This document shows positions 37,373 through 47,497 of a stretch of DNA of 64,000 bases, one piece after another (position 1 is the first letter of the stretch; each line of letters starts with the position of its first letter). This stretch comes from Patescibacteria group bacterium (GTDB lineage: Bacteria > Patescibacteriota > Microgenomatia > UBA1400 > PJMF01): the NCBI GenBank assembly GCA_016861205.1, contig BOKX01000001.1, positions 698,801 through 762,800 of the forward strand, given 5' to 3'. The notes below the pieces were generated by a model. That model worked only from the letters and a program-made list of their open reading frames with translations. It was not told where the DNA came from and did no database searches. The position numbers and the translations under genes were made by a program.

Positions 37373-37873
37373 TTACTTATTAATTACACCTTTGAGCACC
37401 GTTTCGCCTGGTGCAGCCGAAGTGGCGCCGGGCTTAGTAACGTTGACTTCAAACGGTAACAAGGCTTCATCGATGGCGGCACTACCAATGTAGCCACCTT
37501 TACCTGGTACCAGTTCAAACGCTTTCTGACGTTGTGAACCGCCCACCTTGTTTAACCAAACTTGGTACCCACCGGTGCCTGGCTTTGGCAGTTCGGCCAT
37601 GACAGTAAACCGCACTTTGCCATCTTTGATCTCGTAACGAACTTCACCATTCACTTCGCCTTCACCGCTCAGAGTTGCGGTTTTCAAATCTGGAGAACCC
37701 TTGATGATGGCAGCTTGGGTGTCTTCGCTAAGATTCTCAATGGTGACACCTTCGCCAAAGTCCGAGATCTCACCTTTGTTGGCTGGCGTGTTCATCGAGT
37801 ACCAACGATACGCTAAGAAAATCACGATCACTAACGCGATCAGTGGGAAAATAAATGGCACAAATTTTTTCAT
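37373..37873 (-). CDS. Membrane-anchored hypothetical protein
   Basis: N-terminal TM followed by a Gly/Lys-rich beta domain. Confidence 0.4.
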   Translation of the reverse strand: MKKFVPFIFPLIALVIVIFLAYRWYSMNTPANKGEISDFGEGVTIENLSEDTQAAIIKGSPDLKTATLSGEGEVNGEVRYEIKDGKVRFTVMAELPKPGTGGYQVWLNKVGGSQRQKAFELVPGKGGYIGSAAIDEALLPFEVNVTKPGATSAAPGETVLKGVINK

Positions 37874-37903
37874 GTCACCCCTTCCTCAGGATGTCTGACG
37901 TTG

Positions 37904-38542
37904 TTACTTAAGGAACGACTCAACAGTTGTCAGCAACTGTTGTGGGGCAGTGAGTTGGCGACCATTCACAAATAGAGTGGGCGTGGCTTGGATCTTAATT
38001 TGGTTGCCAGTGGCGACATCAGTGGCCACTCGCTGTTTGATCGCTTCTGAGTCTATTTTCTCTAGAAACGTAGCTTTGTCAATTCCTAGTTCTTCAGCAT
38101 AGGCCGCAAATTGGTCTTTTGCCTCTGCTTCAGTCTTGAGCTGGCTCCAGGTGGACTGTCGATCAAACAGGAGATCGTGCATCTCCCAAAACTTTCCGCT
38201 CTCGGCGGCCACCTCTGAAGCTTGAGCTGCGAGCAAGGCGTTCTGGTGGATGTTAACCAGTGGATAGTGGCGATAGATCACGCGGACCTTATCTGGATAT
38301 GTGGCCGCAACCTGGCTCACAAGTGGTTCAATCGCTCGGCAGGCTGGACATTGAAAATCACTAAACTCGACAACAGTGACTTGAGCACTTTGGGTTGCCC
38401 CTTTGACTAACCGCGCCTCACCTGCAACTAACTGAGGATCGAGTTCTTGCGGTGCGGCTTGGCGCGAAAACACCATTACCATGGCTCCAATTAAGACCAT
38501 GGTTCCGAACAAAGTAGCAATCAGTAAAGGAATGTTTTTCAT
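37904..38542 (-). CDS. DsbA-family thiol:disulfide oxidoreductase
   Basis: N-terminal TM anchor and thioredoxin-fold 'CPAC' active site. Confidence 0.75.
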   Translation of the reverse strand: MKNIPLLIATLFGTMVLIGAMVMVFSRQAAPQELDPQLVAGEARLVKGATQSAQVTVVEFSDFQCPACRAIEPLVSQVAATYPDKVRVIYRHYPLVNIHQNALLAAQASEVAAESGKFWEMHDLLFDRQSTWSQLKTEAEAKDQFAAYAEELGIDKATFLEKIDSEAIKQRVATDVATGNQIKIQATPTLFVNGRQLTAPQQLLTTVESFLK

Positions 38543-38566
38543 AGCGTTCCCTTTAGTAGTGTGGTC

Positions 38567-38881
38567 TTAAACCTCGCGTGGCCAGACCTGTTGATTGGTG
38601 GTGGTGTCTATCACTCGAATGGCTGCGGTTGGACAACTTTGAGCGGCCAATAACTTGGTGTCGTCATCGTTGCCATCTTGCGAGAGGATCTCAGCGATGT
38701 TTTGCTCATTGAGCTGAAACACTTGAGGAGCGATCGCCACACAACTAGCGGCACCGATGCACTTCTCATTGATGACTTCAACTCGATACTTACCAGCTTG
38801 ATGCGTTTGTGCAACGGCAGCCTGACCCGGAACTGCTGGCTTGGCTGTGGCTGTATTTGGTGTTTTAGCTTGATCTGTCAT
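38567..38881 (-). CDS. Ferredoxin (single-cluster Fer4-like)
   Basis: 'CIGAASC...SCP' cysteine pattern. Confidence 0.65.
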   Translation of the reverse strand: MTDQAKTPNTATAKPAVPGQAAVAQTHQAGKYRVEVINEKCIGAASCVAIAPQVFQLNEQNIAEILSQDGNDDDTKLLAAQSCPTAAIRVIDTTTNQQVWPREV

Positions 38882-38900
38882 AATAATCCTGTGCTACTTG

Positions 38901-39611
38901 TTAATAAAATTTCTCGTGATGAATGTGCTGTGGCTCAATACCTTTGGTCGGTAAGAACGCCATCACCTCTTTGATCATAGCTTGATTACCACACAAGTAG
39001 TACCCAGCTTTGGGTGGGAGTGCATGGACTGCTAAACAATCAGTCACCCGACCTCGACAGAGTGGCCACTCGGGGGTGGGTTGCGAAATGACTGGGTGGA
39101 AATGGAAGTTGGGAAAGGTTTCGCTCAACTCTTGAAACTCGTCTTGCCAAAACAAGTCTTCTAAATGTCGCAACCCCCAGTACAACCAAATTTCGCGCTG
39201 GTCTTTTTTCTCCTGCAAAAGATCAAGCACCATGCTTCGAAACGGCGTCACACCAGAGCCAGTCGCAATCAACATCAGCTGCTCTTCACTAGGATCGTCA
39301 GCAATGGTGAAAACACCCATTGGCGCCAGCACATCGGCTGTCTCTCCAAGCTGCATACCATCAAGGTATTTCACTCCCAAACCGTTGGGGGTGTTGTCGA
39401 CCATCAGCTCAAAACCGTGGGCTTTCTCCGGAGAACTACAGATCGAGTATGAGCGACGATCACCATGTTCGCTGACTTTGAACGAGGCGTACTGGCCGGC
39501 CGCGAATGGCACACTAGCTGGCGAGACATACTCAAAGTAGTACTGCACAAACTTAGCATTAAGTGGCTTTTTATCGACTAGTTGGACTTTACAGACTTGA
39601 GGCGGTTGCAT
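38901..39611 (-). CDS. Ferredoxin-NADP+ reductase-like FAD/NAD(P)-binding oxidoreductase
   Basis: 'RSYSI' FAD motif, 'LIATGSGVTPF' NAD(P) motif, 'YLCGNQAM' C-terminal motif. Confidence 0.75.
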   Translation of the reverse strand: MQPPQVCKVQLVDKKPLNAKFVQYYFEYVSPASVPFAAGQYASFKVSEHGDRRSYSICSSPEKAHGFELMVDNTPNGLGVKYLDGMQLGETADVLAPMGVFTIADDPSEEQLMLIATGSGVTPFRSMVLDLLQEKKDQREIWLYWGLRHLEDLFWQDEFQELSETFPNFHFHPVISQPTPEWPLCRGRVTDCLAVHALPPKAGYYLCGNQAMIKEVMAFLPTKGIEPQHIHHEKFY

Positions 39612-39684
39612 ATCGACCGATCATACGTAAAAACTGGCTATCTGTCAGCTAGGATTCTGGTGATCTAGATTACCAAAATCAGAT

Positions 39685-40245
39685 TTACTGTAGTTGTTTG
39701 GCCCAATCTCGGCCATACCACAACCCTAACGCTAACTTGGCAATACCTGAGTACTCTTCCGTTCGATCCGTAAAATCTTGGGTCACGACTCCGATCATGC
39801 CGTTGCGTTTGCGCAGATCAGCAATGCCAGTCAGTTGTGACACGGCGGGACCCATCTCTTGACCGGATCGGATAGCGGCTGCGATGGGTTCAGGCACTTG
39901 GAAACGCGCTCCGTTGGCCGTCCAAACTTGACCAGATTGATCGGTGACTGCTACCCAGACCGTTGACCACAGTTCGCCATTGGGCTGCTCGAACACTCCA
40001 CCCTCCAAACCAACGCCCAAAGACTCGGCGTCGGCTGCTGTCGAGTTATCAGCCAATCCAGCCTCGAGGGCTAACTTGGCCCGTTGCTCAGCACCTTGGC
40101 GGGTCTCGGCGTCGCTGCGCGGTTGGGCCGCTACCCCGCTGGGAACTTCGAACCCTTTGACGCTCACTTCTGGCCAAGTCTCACTGGCTGCCAGCACTAC
40201 GGCGTTACACTTGACTGGATTGGTTGAACCAACAAAAATCGTCAT
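39685..40245 (-). CDS. Inosine/xanthosine triphosphatase (YjjX family)
   Basis: 'IFVGSTNPVK' and 'LTGIADLRKRNGMIGVVT' match YjjX conserved blocks. Start set at MTIFVG. Confidence 0.65.
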   Translation of the reverse strand: MTIFVGSTNPVKCNAVVLAASETWPEVSVKGFEVPSGVAAQPRSDAETRQGAEQRAKLALEAGLADNSTAADAESLGVGLEGGVFEQPNGELWSTVWVAVTDQSGQVWTANGARFQVPEPIAAAIRSGQEMGPAVSQLTGIADLRKRNGMIGVVTQDFTDRTEEYSGIAKLALGLWYGRDWAKQLQ

Positions 40246-40607
40246 ACTTCTCGAGTTAAGGTAGAGATACCCAGCAGTAAACACTTGATCCGACCTGGGC
40301 TGATTTCACTCAAGCCCAACTCGGCTAAAATTTCTGCCTGAGTTATTTTTTCGATCTCTGCCCAAGTTTTACCAATCGCCAAATCAGCCACTACACTCAT
40401 GGCCGCCTGGCTAATAGCACAACCTTGACCCGACCAGAGTATATCAACCACTTGCTGACGATCAGCTGAAAGCTTGAGATACACTGTCATGTCATCACCA
40501 CAGCTAGCATTTAAACCAGTTTTGACCTGATCTGGATCAGACATCTGGCCAAAGTGGTGTGGATGACGTGCCATTTCTAGTAGTTCTTCAGGGTAAAGAT
40601 CACTCAT
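40242..40607 (-). CDS. sufU: SufU/IscU-like Fe-S scaffold (NifU N-terminal domain)
   Basis: 'NASCGD' and 'GQGCAIS' cysteine motifs. Confidence 0.8.
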   Translation of the reverse strand: MSDLYPEELLEMARHPHHFGQMSDPDQVKTGLNASCGDDMTVYLKLSADRQQVVDILWSGQGCAISQAAMSVVADLAIGKTWAEIEKITQAEILAELGLSEISPGRIKCLLLGISTLTREV

Positions 40608-41879
40608 TTAAACTCCAAAAGTGGCTTTCACTTTCTCGAGTCCAGTCACCAGGACGTCAAGTTCAGCTGGCGTGGTATACAGCTGAAAACTAGCTCGCGT
40701 ACTGGCGGCTACACCCAGTTTGACGTGCAGTGGCATGGTGCAGTGATGACCACTGCGAACTGCCACTCCCACTGAGTCGAGGATTTGACTAACGTCATGC
40801 GAGTGAACACCTTTGTACACAAAACTAACTGAGCCAACTCGGCCAAGTTCCTGGTCGGACTTTTCAGGTTTGGTGGGTCCCAAAATAGTAATTGCTGGCA
40901 ACTGCGATAGTTTCTGGATGGTCAGCTCGACCAGTTCGACATCATACTTAGCCACTTGGGACATCCCAATTTTTGCCAAGTACTGACAGGCAGCCGCCCA
41001 ACCCACTAATCCAGCTACGTCCGGCGTGCCAGCGGTAAATCGTTCTTCTAGATCATCAATAAACGTGGCCGTGTGCGTGGTAACAACATCGATCATGCCA
41101 CCACCGTATAAGAACGGTGGTAACTCTGCCAAGAGTGCCTCGGGAATCAACACTGCCCCAATGCCCATTGGGCCAAGCATTTTGTGCGCGGAAACCGCGT
41201 AAAAATCAACACCGAGCTTGGCAAACTCGATCGGCAGATGTGGTGCTGCTTGAGCCCCATCGACAAAAAATCGGGTTGATACCTGGTACTGGTGACGATG
41301 GTCAGCCAACAACTCAGCAATCTCAGCAATTGGATTAACCGTCCCCAGCGCGTTCGAGACATGACTGAGTGCCACTAACTTCAACCGCGCACCTGCCTCA
41401 GTCAGTAGTTGTTGCAGCCGCCCCATGTCGAGCCGACCAGTTTCGGTAAATGGCACTACCATGATCTGGGCTTGGGTCTTAGCAGCCAGTTGCTGCCAAG
41501 GCACCAAGTTACTGTGGTGATCCATTTCTGATAACAGCAAAACATCATCGGCTGTAACGGCTTGTTCGCCCCAGCTACGTGCTACCAGGTTGGCTGCTTC
41601 GGTCGTGTTGCGCACAATCACGAGCTCGCTTGGCTTCGCACCAAAAAATTCAGCAATCACTCGCCGAGAATCGTGGAAAGCAGTGGTGCTCTCATCACTC
41701 AATTGGTGAACTCCGCGATGAACATTGGCGTTGTGTTGGGTGTAGTACTCGACGATCGCGTCGATGACGGCTTGTGGTTTTTGCGAAGTAGCCGCGTTGT
41801 CCAAGTAAACTAACGGCTGACCGTGAACTTGACGAGACAAAATCGGAAAATCACGGCGGTACGCCTCTGCGTTAAACAT
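40608..41879 (-). CDS. sufS: Cysteine desulfurase SufS
   Basis: Class-V aminotransferase; 'SAHK' PLP lysine, 'RSGHHC' catalytic Cys loop. Confidence 0.9.
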   Translation of the reverse strand: MFNAEAYRRDFPILSRQVHGQPLVYLDNAATSQKPQAVIDAIVEYYTQHNANVHRGVHQLSDESTTAFHDSRRVIAEFFGAKPSELVIVRNTTEAANLVARSWGEQAVTADDVLLLSEMDHHSNLVPWQQLAAKTQAQIMVVPFTETGRLDMGRLQQLLTEAGARLKLVALSHVSNALGTVNPIAEIAELLADHRHQYQVSTRFFVDGAQAAPHLPIEFAKLGVDFYAVSAHKMLGPMGIGAVLIPEALLAELPPFLYGGGMIDVVTTHTATFIDDLEERFTAGTPDVAGLVGWAAACQYLAKIGMSQVAKYDVELVELTIQKLSQLPAITILGPTKPEKSDQELGRVGSVSFVYKGVHSHDVSQILDSVGVAVRSGHHCTMPLHVKLGVAASTRASFQLYTTPAELDVLVTGLEKVKATFGV

Positions 41880-41921
41880 GAGGGTATTGTATCAACTAAA
41901 ACTGGAAATTAGAGACTCTTC

Positions 41922-42428
41922 CTAAGTTAGCGTTAAAAAGCCCTCCACCACCAGGGCTTCAGCTTCAGCTCGAGGCAAACCGCGGCTCATCAGATAGAAC
42001 AGCTGTTCTTCAGGAATGCGACTAACACTGGCGGCGTGCGAACACTTTACATCATCTGTCAAAATCTCTAGATCAGGTACCGCCTCAGCCTTAGCCTCGT
42101 CCGAGAGCAGCAAAATCCGCTCAGTCAAAAATGAGTTGGTGTCGCCACAGTCCTTATCGATAATTATTCGACCCACAAACCGAATTCTGGCTCGGTCACG
42201 AGCCACTCCTTTGAGCGTGGTATTGGCTCGAGTGTGTGGGGCTTGATGATGAATAATGACTTGGAGATCCAGCTGCCCTGAGCCGGCCAACTGGAAGGAG
42301 CCAGCGATCTCGACTTCTGCGCCAGCTTCGGCCAGGATGACGTGATACTCACCAGCTTCAGTTAGTACGAGGCTCGTGGGCTGATCGGTTTTGCGAATGG
42401 TGTGCGTAGTTACCTGTGATTGAGACAT
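41922..42428 (-). CDS. sufD: Short SufD-like protein (SufBD C-terminal beta-helix region only)
   Basis: 'DDVKCSHAASVSRIPEEQLFYLMSRGL' SufBD signature. Only 168 aa. Confidence 0.6.
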   Translation of the reverse strand: MSQSQVTTHTIRKTDQPTSLVLTEAGEYHVILAEAGAEVEIAGSFQLAGSGQLDLQVIIHHQAPHTRANTTLKGVARDRARIRFVGRIIIDKDCGDTNSFLTERILLLSDEAKAEAVPDLEILTDDVKCSHAASVSRIPEEQLFYLMSRGLPRAEAEALVVEGFLTLT

Positions 42429-42432
42429 AGTT

Positions 42433-42651
42433 TTATTTTTGCTTACTCAAAATTTTTCTCATGCCTTCAAGAAATCTTGATATATAAGTAATTCGATACA
42501 GCAACAATCCAAACGGCATCATTACCATTAACAGCCCAATCCAACCCCACGACACACCCTCAGATCTCAATGCCCATACCCCACAACCAGCAATAAAAAA
42601 AATCCCAATCAGAGTTGTTAATCGTCGGATAGGTTTTGATAGCAACTTCAT
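42433..42651 (-). CDS. Small membrane protein (72 aa) inside the suf operon
   Basis: Two TM helices. Stop/start overlap with sufB. Confidence 0.3.
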   Translation of the reverse strand: MKLLSKPIRRLTTLIGIFFIAGCGVWALRSEGVSWGWIGLLMVMMPFGLLLYRITYISRFLEGMRKILSKQK

Positions 42652-44075
42652 CCCACACTCCCTTCCATCTCGTAATCGATCAAGCGATTCATCTCGACTG
42701 CGTACTCCAGTGGCAGTTTGCGAACCAGGCCTTCGATAAAGCCATTGACGATTAGCTTGCGAGCATCCTCCTCGGAAATACCACGGCTCATCAGGTAAAA
42801 CAGCTGGTCTTCACCAATTTTAGATACCGTGGCTTCGTGCTGCACTTGGACGTTTGAGTTGAAAACTTTGTCCACTGGATAAGTGTCAGTCCGTGATTTG
42901 TCATCGAGAATCAAAGCATCACAGATCACCGTGTTTTTACTGTCATAAGCGTGCGGACCAACGTTGACCAAACCACGATAGCTGGCTCGCCCGCCGTCTT
43001 TGGAAATTGATTTTGAGATGATCGTCGAGCTGGTGTGCGGGGCCAAGTGGATTGCTTTTGAACCAGTATCCTGGTGCTGACCAGCTCCAGCCAAGGCCAT
43101 TGACAAGGTTTCACCACGAGCACCTGGTCCAGCCAAGATAAACCCGGGATACTTCATGGTGACTTTGGAACCCATGTTGAAGTCGGTCCAAACCATTTCG
43201 CCCTCGGCGTCGACGTGAGCACGTTTCGTCACCAAGTTGTAGACATTTTTGTACCAGTTTTGAATGGTGGTGTATTGGCAGCGCGCGCCCTTTTTAACAA
43301 AAATTTCGACCACTGCAGAATGCAGTGAACTCGAAGAAAAGTTGGGAGCGGTGCAGCCTTCCACGTAGTGGACACTCGCGCCCTCATCGACAATGATCAA
43401 GGTGCGCTCAAACTGACCGGCGTTGGCCGCATTAATTCGGAAGTAGGTCTGAAGAGGCATTTTGACATGGACACCTTTGGGCACGTAGACAAATGATCCA
43501 CCAGACCAGACGGCTGTGTTGAGGGCTGAGAACTTGTTGTCGCCACTGGGGATAACTTTGCCAAAGTACTCTTTGACCAAATCAGGGTGCTCACGCAAGC
43601 CTTCGTCCATCGACAGAAAAATGACACCGTCCTTGGCCCATGTTTCTTTCAGAGATCCGTACACCACCTCACTGTCGTACTGGGCTTTTACCCCCGCCAG
43701 CACATCGCGCTCAGCTGCTGGAATACCGAGTCGATCAAAGGTGGTCTTGACCTCTGGCGGCACTTTGTCCCAAGAGTCAACTTGGTCGTCAGTTGGTCGC
43801 AAGTAGTAGCGGATTTGGTCATAGTTGATGGCAGTCAGGTCAGCGCCCCACAACGGCAGTGGCTTGGCTAAGAACTGCTCATACGCGGTCAGTCGCAGCT
43901 GACGCATCCAGTCTGGTTCGCCTTTGAGGTGAGAAATCTCCTCCACTACTCCACGATTGAGGCCTGGCTTGGTGATGTAGCTGTAGTTGGAGGTGTCAAA
44001 AGAGTACCCGTGCTCGTATGAGTCACCGGCGTGCGGATCAAACTGGTCGGTTTTTTTCTGTGCAAAACGAGCCAT
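42648..44075 (-). CDS. sufB: Fe-S cluster assembly protein SufB
   Basis: Full-length SufB with 'HEATVSKIGEDQLFYLMSRGI' C-terminal signature. Confidence 0.9.
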   Translation of the reverse strand: MARFAQKKTDQFDPHAGDSYEHGYSFDTSNYSYITKPGLNRGVVEEISHLKGEPDWMRQLRLTAYEQFLAKPLPLWGADLTAINYDQIRYYLRPTDDQVDSWDKVPPEVKTTFDRLGIPAAERDVLAGVKAQYDSEVVYGSLKETWAKDGVIFLSMDEGLREHPDLVKEYFGKVIPSGDNKFSALNTAVWSGGSFVYVPKGVHVKMPLQTYFRINAANAGQFERTLIIVDEGASVHYVEGCTAPNFSSSSLHSAVVEIFVKKGARCQYTTIQNWYKNVYNLVTKRAHVDAEGEMVWTDFNMGSKVTMKYPGFILAGPGARGETLSMALAGAGQHQDTGSKAIHLAPHTSSTIISKSISKDGGRASYRGLVNVGPHAYDSKNTVICDALILDDKSRTDTYPVDKVFNSNVQVQHEATVSKIGEDQLFYLMSRGISEEDARKLIVNGFIEGLVRKLPLEYAVEMNRLIDYEMEGSVG

Positions 44076-44090
44076 AGGCCTTTTTTTTGG

Positions 44091-44426
44091 TTAACTTAGA
44101 TCTTCAATGGCAATCACTTGGTGAGCGATGGCTTCAAACTCCAGTCGTAATTTTTGATGATCGTCATCGGTTTGCCAAAATGCTTCTAACGTCTCGGTTG
44201 GTCCTAACGCTCGATCTTCGAAGGTTGTCCACAACTTATCCCAATCTTCTTGGGCGAGCGCTAAAATTCCGAGGGCGGCCGCCGCTTTTGCCTGCGTCAG
44301 GATCTCTCGCATCAGATGTGTGGCTGTATACTCTGGCATATGTTTTTGGTGCCAGCTCAAACTTCGGGCTTTATCCTGTAGTACGCTCAAGTTGATATAT
44401 GATCCTGTTTCCATACTCACTTTCAT
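44091..44426 (-). CDS. Hypothetical protein within the suf operon
   Basis: 111-aa acidic helical protein between sufC and sufB. Confidence 0.4.
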   Translation of the reverse strand: MKVSMETGSYINLSVLQDKARSLSWHQKHMPEYTATHLMREILTQAKAAAALGILALAQEDWDKLWTTFEDRALGPTETLEAFWQTDDDHQKLRLEFEAIAHQVIAIEDLS

Positions 44427-45187
44427 CAGGCAGCTAATGTTTGATATCCCTTTTCCTCGATGTGTTCCACCAGTTCGTTACCACCACTCTGAGTGATAAC
44501 TCCCTCTTTGAGAATATGAACGTGGCTGGGCTTCAAGTACTTGAGGATGCGTTGGTAGTGGGTGATGACGATCACGCCGGTCTGGTATTTTTTGACAATT
44601 TTCTTGACCCCGCTTGCCACAGCTCGAATGGCGTCAACGTCCAGGCCAGAGTCTGTCTCGTCAAGCACGGCAAACTGTGGTTCCAACACCGCCATCTGCA
44701 GAATCTCGAGGCGCTTCTTCTCGCCACCACTGAAACCTTCGTTCAAACCCCGCTTCAACAAAGCTGGGTTGACTTGTAACTCCTCGGCTAGTTTTTCGAC
44801 GTGTTGGCGAAACTTCAAGGCTGAAGCAAACAGCTTGTCGGGTTGGTTGGCAAATCGAGCTTGGTGGGCTTGGCGCAAAAAGTTTTGGACCCGCACCCCA
44901 GGAATTTCCATCGGATACTGGAATGCCAGGAACAAGCCAGCTTGGGCCCGCTCATCAGGTGACATCTCCAATACTGGTACGCCGCCCAATGTAACTCTAG
45001 AATCACCGTCGGGCATTACTTCATAACTTGGGTGACCAGCCAGCGTGTATGCCAAAGTTGACTTACCTGAACCATTGGGGCCCATGATAGCGTGAACTTC
45101 ACCAGGCTTTACAGTCAGGTCAATCCCGCGCAAAATCGGTTTTCCGTCAACACTAACCTTTAAGTTGTGAATTACGAGTTCGGTCAT
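44426..45187 (-). CDS. sufC: Fe-S cluster assembly ATPase SufC
   Basis: Walker A 'GPNGSGKST', ABC signature 'LNEGFSGGEKKR', Walker B. Confidence 0.9.
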   Translation of the reverse strand: MTELVIHNLKVSVDGKPILRGIDLTVKPGEVHAIMGPNGSGKSTLAYTLAGHPSYEVMPDGDSRVTLGGVPVLEMSPDERAQAGLFLAFQYPMEIPGVRVQNFLRQAHQARFANQPDKLFASALKFRQHVEKLAEELQVNPALLKRGLNEGFSGGEKKRLEILQMAVLEPQFAVLDETDSGLDVDAIRAVASGVKKIVKKYQTGVIVITHYQRILKYLKPSHVHILKEGVITQSGGNELVEHIEEKGYQTLAA

Positions 45188-45189
45188 GA

Positions 45190-45735
45190 TTATTGCTCCT
45201 TGAGTTTTTTGTCGAGCTGAATAGCAAGCAGCAGCTCACCTTTGACATCGCTGGGTGTTTCAAGCGTTTTAATTTCCTCAGCTGAAAACCAACCAATGCC
45301 GGCTGTCTCCTCAAGATTCTGATGAAACGCGACTGAACCCTGAGGTTTTACCAAGTACAAAAAACACAAGTGCTGCTCACAACCGTTACCCCAGTTACGT
45401 TGGGTGGCTTCACTGCGATCACCTCCGTTGACTCGAGCTTCATAGTTTTCGCGTGACACCCAGTGTAGGTTCGTCAAAAAAGGATGCGGTAAGTTTTCTG
45501 CCACATCAGACGGCACGGTTGGGGCGGTATCAACTGCCGTTACCTTCACCCCAGTCTCTTCCCAAAACTCGCGTTCAGCAGCCTTATGGGGCAGCTCATC
45601 GCCTTCGACGTGACCACCTGGAGCCAACCAGATACCCAGTTTCTTGTGTTTGATCAACAAAACTTTGTGCTCGTGAACGAGCACGGCAGCTACCGTGAAA
45701 CAATGTTTAGCGGGGAAGTCCTGCAAATGAGCCAT
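45190..45735 (-). CDS. NUDIX hydrolase
   Basis: Nudix box 'GGHVEGDELPHKAAEREFWEETGV'. Confidence 0.8.
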   Translation of the reverse strand: MAHLQDFPAKHCFTVAAVLVHEHKVLLIKHKKLGIWLAPGGHVEGDELPHKAAEREFWEETGVKVTAVDTAPTVPSDVAENLPHPFLTNLHWVSRENYEARVNGGDRSEATQRNWGNGCEQHLCFLYLVKPQGSVAFHQNLEETAGIGWFSAEEIKTLETPSDVKGELLLAIQLDKKLKEQ

Positions 45736-45883
45736 GGGGGGATTTTACCATGCTATGCCTTGGCCAGTGTTCTTGGATGCTAAAAAGGCATCCTCGAACA
45801 CTGCCAAAATCGCATCTAGTATCGCAGGAAACACCGCTTCGTTCAGTTAACTTTTGCCAAAAACTCAAGTCAGGCACCAGAGC

Positions 45884-46468
45884 TTAAAGTAAGCTCATCT
45901 GAACACCGCCATTTTTCTGCGGCGTAAAGCTGAAGTCCACTGGACACTCGACGGATCGATTCCACTTATTTTTAAACTTGACCAAGCCTTTTTTAACTCC
46001 AAAGTCATACACATCCCGCGTGATCGCCACATCTTGCAGACAGTAGTCGCGCAGCTTTTCAAATTGTTTCGTCTGGTAGTACTTGATCGCGTCAAGACCG
46101 TGACCAGTTTTGCCAACTCCCAGAGTCTCCTGAGCAACGGCATCCAACCCAATCCGATGCCCAGCACTTTTTTTGATTCTGGTCAACAAATCGAGAGTGG
46201 GAATGTTAGTAATGTCACCCTGGTAGTAGGGCACTAATGTTTGCATGTCAAAGTCATCAATGTTGAAGCCGACTACCACATCAGCTTGCTCTAAAATGGG
46301 AAATAACTTGGGTAAATCCTGCTCAAAGTAACCCTGCATCTCACCTTGGCCAGTTGTCCCTTGGCGAACGCAGATACCAACAAAGGAAATTTTGAGACGA
46401 TCAGGAAAGTACCCCCCCACTTCGTCGAACGTTTTTTGGGTTTCGACATCTAAAAAAACCTGTAACAT
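45884..46468 (-). CDS. DEDD-family 3'-5' exonuclease (DnaQ-like fold)
   Basis: Exo I 'FLDVETQ', Exo II 'GFNIDDFD', Exo III 'YCLQDV'. Confidence 0.6.
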   Translation of the reverse strand: MLQVFLDVETQKTFDEVGGYFPDRLKISFVGICVRQGTTGQGEMQGYFEQDLPKLFPILEQADVVVGFNIDDFDMQTLVPYYQGDITNIPTLDLLTRIKKSAGHRIGLDAVAQETLGVGKTGHGLDAIKYYQTKQFEKLRDYCLQDVAITRDVYDFGVKKGLVKFKNKWNRSVECPVDFSFTPQKNGGVQMSLL

Positions 46469-46516
46469 ACAGTGCACCTTCTATTCCAGGGGTGAGAATC
46501 AGGACTGGTCTCCCAG

Positions 46517-47122
46517 CTAGACTGCTGCCAACCGCCGCGCGACTTCTGGCCAGTTGACCAAGTTCCAAAACGCAGCGATGTACTCTGGACGACGATTTTG
46601 ATACTTCAAGTAGTACGCATGTTCCCAAACATCGAGGCCTAACAACGGTGTGTAACCATCCATCAGAGGTGAGTCTTGATTAGGACGTGCGAGTATCTCT
46701 AGTTTACTGCCATCCTTAGTCGCCAGCCAAGCCCAACCTGAACCGAAGTGGTTTGTGGCGGCTTGAGTCAATTGCTCTTGGAATGTCTTAAAATCTCCAA
46801 AAGATTGCTTGATCGCTTCGGCCAACTCACCAGTTGGTTCTCCACCAGCTTGGGGAGCGAGCACCGTCCAAAACAAGGAGTGATTGGCGTGGCCACCACC
46901 ATGGTTTTTGACCGGAGTTTTAATCTCTTCTGGCACTTTAGAGAACTGTTTGAGCAAATCTTCCACAGAAAGTTGCGCTAGATCGGGATATTTTTCCAGA
47001 GCTGCATTCAGCTTATCAATGTATGTTTGATGATGCTTGGTGTGATGCAGCTTCATGGTGGCCTCATCAAAGTGAGGCTCCAGGGCGGCGTAATCATATG
47101 GCAAAGTTGGCAGTTGATGCAT
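46517..47122 (-). CDS. Fe/Mn superoxide dismutase
   Basis: '[10 protein letters not shown]...HHTKHH' N-terminal and 'DVWEHAYY' C-terminal metal-ligand motifs. AAAGGA RBS before the internal ATG. Confidence 0.9.
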   Translation of the reverse strand: MHQLPTLPYDYAALEPHFDEATMKLHHTKHHQTYIDKLNAALEKYPDLAQLSVEDLLKQFSKVPEEIKTPVKNHGGGHANHSLFWTVLAPQAGGEPTGELAEAIKQSFGDFKTFQEQLTQAATNHFGSGWAWLATKDGSKLEILARPNQDSPLMDGYTPLLGLDVWEHAYYLKYQNRRPEYIAAFWNLVNWPEVARRLAAV

Positions 47123-47148
47123 AGGTCCTTTCTTGAGAGTCAAACAAC

Positions 47149-47475
47149 TTAATGTTTGCCCCGACCTTCAATCATTTCTAATAGTTCTTGCAAGAGATAA
47201 CCCACAAAAGCATAGGTAAAAATGGCGAACAACGTCGAGAACTCCAGCACAAAGCCGCCAGTGACGGACGAGGTTGGAAACGCAAACTGGAACGGTCTTA
47301 AAAGTGGCAAAGTTGTGTCATACACCCAGCCAACAAACGGCGCTTGAGCATTCGCACCTAGCAACTTGAGCACAAACCGAAAACCCAAGCCCACTTCCAC
47401 CAAACCAAACAGCCAGGTCGCTAGCCCGCTTAGCCAGGAGCTACTCAAAAAATGGGTGGAACTGGAATGTGCCAT
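47149..47475 (-). CDS. Small membrane protein (hypothetical)
   Basis: 108 aa with 3 TM helices. Confidence 0.4.
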   Translation of the reverse strand: MAHSSSTHFLSSSWLSGLATWLFGLVEVGLGFRFVLKLLGANAQAPFVGWVYDTTLPLLRPFQFAFPTSSVTGGFVLEFSTLFAIFTYAFVGYLLQELLEMIEGRGKH

Positions 47476-47497
47476 GTCTTAAGTGTAGCAGAGGTCG

